From contig OZ024743.1 in assembly GCA_964016885.1 (NCBI GenBank), positions 280,798,001 through 280,862,000 of the forward strand: DNA of 64,000 nucleotides, read 5' to 3'. How positions within the stretch are numbered: the first letter of the stretch is position 1; each line of letters opens with the position of its first letter. Of this stretch, positions 60,613 through 64,000 are shown one piece after another. The stretch comes from Eledone cirrhosa (lineage: Eukaryota). Made by a program: the position numbers and the translations under genes. The notes beneath the pieces are model-generated. The model made no database searches. It was given only the letters and a program-made list of their open reading frames with translations, and was not told the DNA's origin.

Positions 60613-61645
60613 TACATGCTTATCAGCAAAAAATCATGCATGGATATGTTGCCAGGAAGTTCCAGAGTGAGAGTAATATAGATAAGGAAAGTAGTCTATC
60701 TTGGACCAACAACCGCTATATTGGCTCCCACTTTGAAGGATACGCTTTTGCAATCCAAGAACAGGAGATTAGCACGAAATACCTGATTCACAAAAGAGAT
60801 AGGGATGCATCTAGATGTGATAACAAGTGCAAACTCTGCAGAACTAAGATCGAGGATATCACCCATGTCATCAGCAGCTGCCCAAAGATGTCATCGCGGT
60901 ACTATCTACCTGTGAAGCATGATGTAGTGGCCAAAACACTGTACAATGCAGTTCGTAAAAAAGATAGCCCCGATAATAAACACATTAAAAGCTACAACAA
61001 TGTGGAAGACATACATGTACATAATATGAAAGAGTACTGGTGGAATGTTCCAGTAAAAACCTCAATAAAATGCAGGCATAACAGACCAGATATTATGATA
61101 TTGGACAGGGAGAAGAAAACATGCACAGTAGTGGAAATTAGCTGCCCAGCAGATGCCAATATAATATCAAAGATTAGTGAAAAGGAGAATATTTATGCAG
61201 AACTGATGAGAAATCTGCAGATACTCCACTCTGATTACACCTTCAGATTTATGCCTGTGATTATTGGGGCACTGGGATATTTTAGTAACTGCCTCAATAC
61301 AAATCTTGAGAAGCTAGGCTTCACAGGAACAGAAAGAACACAACTAGTTAGGAAACTACAAGTACAATCCATTAATGGAACAGTAAAAATATGTAAAACA
61401 TTCCAAAAATGTTGCATCTAATAACTGCATATACACATGTACAGATACAAAGCATATACACATGCTCACATACAACTCAAAACATACATATCCACACATA
61501 CAATAACATCCATATCTACACATGCATGCATACATACATATCTACCTAGTTGATGTGTAAATTCCAATGAGAGAGTCTTGTGTCTGTTAGAAACCGACTC
61601 TCTCTCTATTGGTAAAACTTTGTGAATTTATAAAACCAGAAGAAC
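60613..61645 (+). mobile_element. 5'-truncated R4/Dong-type copy with CCHC finger and restriction-like endonuclease (ORF 60636-61421)
   Basis: CKLC..EDITHVISSC..KHD..HNRPDIMILD..VVEISCPAD. The 3' UTR ends AAAACCAGAAGAA-(CATA)n, like the first copy. Confidence 0.9.
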
Positions 61646-61798
61646 ATACATACATACATACACACATACACACATACATACATACATACATACATACATA
61701 CATACATACATACATACATACATACATACATACATACATACATACATACATACATACATACATGCATACATACATACATACATACATACATACATAGT

Positions 61799-62367
61799 AA
61801 TGGCTGCAACTCGAATTCGAGTAATAAAATCGCTTGAAACTTAAGCATGAGCATCACGGATTTGTTTTTTAGTCCTGCTAGGGTCTTGCCTATGACCAGC
61901 AATACCATGTATCGCAAAAAATGTCACATAACAAGCTATACCTGTGCTTAAAGCTTTTTTAAGTGAGGGAAGGCTTTGTACGGAGCCAATCCCCCTTTCT
62001 GAACATCGAATGTAATTACCCAAAAAGAACTGGTCTACATCATTGGATTTAAACGAAGTGGCAGGTTTTATATCAGAGTGACCTTCTCCCAGGTCTTAAT
62101 GAAGATTAGGGGTCTTTCGCTCCACAAAAGAAATTATTGGTCTACATCATTGGATTCAAACGAAGTGGCAGGTTTTATATCAGAGTGGTCTTAATGAAGA
62201 TTAGGGGTCTTTCGCTCCACAAAAGAAATTATTGGCTAGCCATTGACTCTCTGAGTTCTTCCGTCCTTTGATGGGTTTTGTTTTTTATCCCGCAGTGTGT
62301 CCAAAATCACCCTTCTCACCAAGCAAGCTTGGTGAAGTTGCTGGTTAAGTCATCGATGACCCGATCA
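61799..62367 (-). mobile_element. Repeat X, diverged copy with an internal tandem duplication of about 100 bp (62030-62235)
   Basis: Homologous to 60018-60490. Confidence 0.6.
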
Positions 62368-62722
62368 TGCGCCTCTCTATCACTTCCTCTTTTCTTCTCT
62401 GGAAGAAATCGGTTGTTCTCAAACCTGGAAAGGCTTAGGTTCCGCCAAATATAAAATATCCAACACACCCCGTTTGTCGCTATATTCCACCATTAGTTTC
62501 GACTGTTTATACTAGCGCTATTTTCCTCTCTATTAACCTGATTACCAGCGTTGTCGTCCTCACTATTTACCCGATTGTTAACAACATTGCAATATATCTC
62601 ATACGTAGAAGATTCCAAAACAAATAATTGATATATTCGAACTAACTTTAGACAACAAGATTTTGTCTGGCTTTCTGCTTTACTGCATCGGTATTCCATC
62701 AGACTGGCGATATGTATATGTA

Positions 62723-62856
<134 letters not shown>

Positions 62857-62952
62857 TATATACATATATATACACATATGTGTGTGTGTGCGCGTGTGTG
62901 TATGTATTATTTATGAATGTATGATTGTGTGCATACACGCACGCACACAAAT

Positions 62953-62991
<39 letters not shown>

Positions 62992-63041
62992 AATGTGTGT
63001 GTGTGTGTGTGTGTGTTTGTGTGCGTGCGTGTATGCACACA

Positions 63042-63205
<164 letters not shown>

Positions 63206-63532
63206 CGTATCTCTGTGTGCTTGCCTATGTGATGGCCAACACGTGTGATTTCATGTTCCACCCAATTTATTTTATGCCGTCACATGCTTATGTTGTTCTG
63301 TCCAGCTATGGCCCCTGTTTAAGAAGGCCCCAGCCACCGCCTACTGCTTCAATGATTTGCAGCATCCATAAGTACTTATGTATGTATATACCAGTGTATG
63401 ATTGTGTGTTCCTTGTGTTCATATATACATGCGTGTACGACACAGTGCGCGTATGTATAGATATGTGTGATACATTATACTAGTTCCTTCATCTATGGGC
63501 CTGTACATATATATATATATATATGTATAATA

Positions 63533-63634
<102 letters not shown>

Positions 63635-64000
63635 GTATGTATATATAAATATAAATATATAGGGTGGGGAGAATGTGTGTGAGCGTGCGTGTGTGTACAT
63701 ATATTTGTATATGTATATACATATACATATGCATATACACATATATGTGCGTGTATGAGCGCGCGTGTGTGTGTTTGAGTATGTGTATGCGTGCATGTTT
63801 ATGTGGTTGTGTGTAAGCTTAAGCGATTCTTTGTGCACAAATTTGAATAGAGATCTTCTGAAGAGTTTACGAGTATACATGCAATAAAAGAAGACGTATT
63901 TTACCTTTCCTTTTTGTTATATAGTTTGCATGTGTTTTTTTTCTTTCTGTTTTGTTTTTATTGTTGTTGTTGTCGTTGTTGTATGTTGAATGGAGCGGAA

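Overview
This is AT-rich, repeat-saturated animal DNA with no credible host protein-coding exon. The SINE families and very dense (TA)n/(TG)n/(CATA)n/(GA)n microsatellites suggest an octopus or other coleoid cephalopod genome (inference from recognition, not a search). Almost all long ORFs in the track are microsatellite translations. Real content: decayed Penelope-like elements (three Naiad-type RT/GIY-YIG copies and one other GIY-YIG fragment), RTE, Tx1/L1, CRE and R4/Dong-type LINE remnants, non-autonomous Helitrons and many tRNA-derived SINEs. The main hidden signal is about 25 type I hammerhead ribozyme motifs (stem I, CUGANGA, stem II, GAAA, palindromic stem III, NUH), mostly in short elements embedded in (TA)n. 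They include reproducible core variants (UUGAUAA with a compensatory U3-A8 pair, CAGAAGA in four related copies, CUGAGAA in two), very long stem II insertions, head-to-head fold-back pairs, and a non-coding 591-nt unit bounded by two apparently identical hammerheads (retrozyme or mini-Penelope candidate). All folds were read by eye; no activity has been tested.
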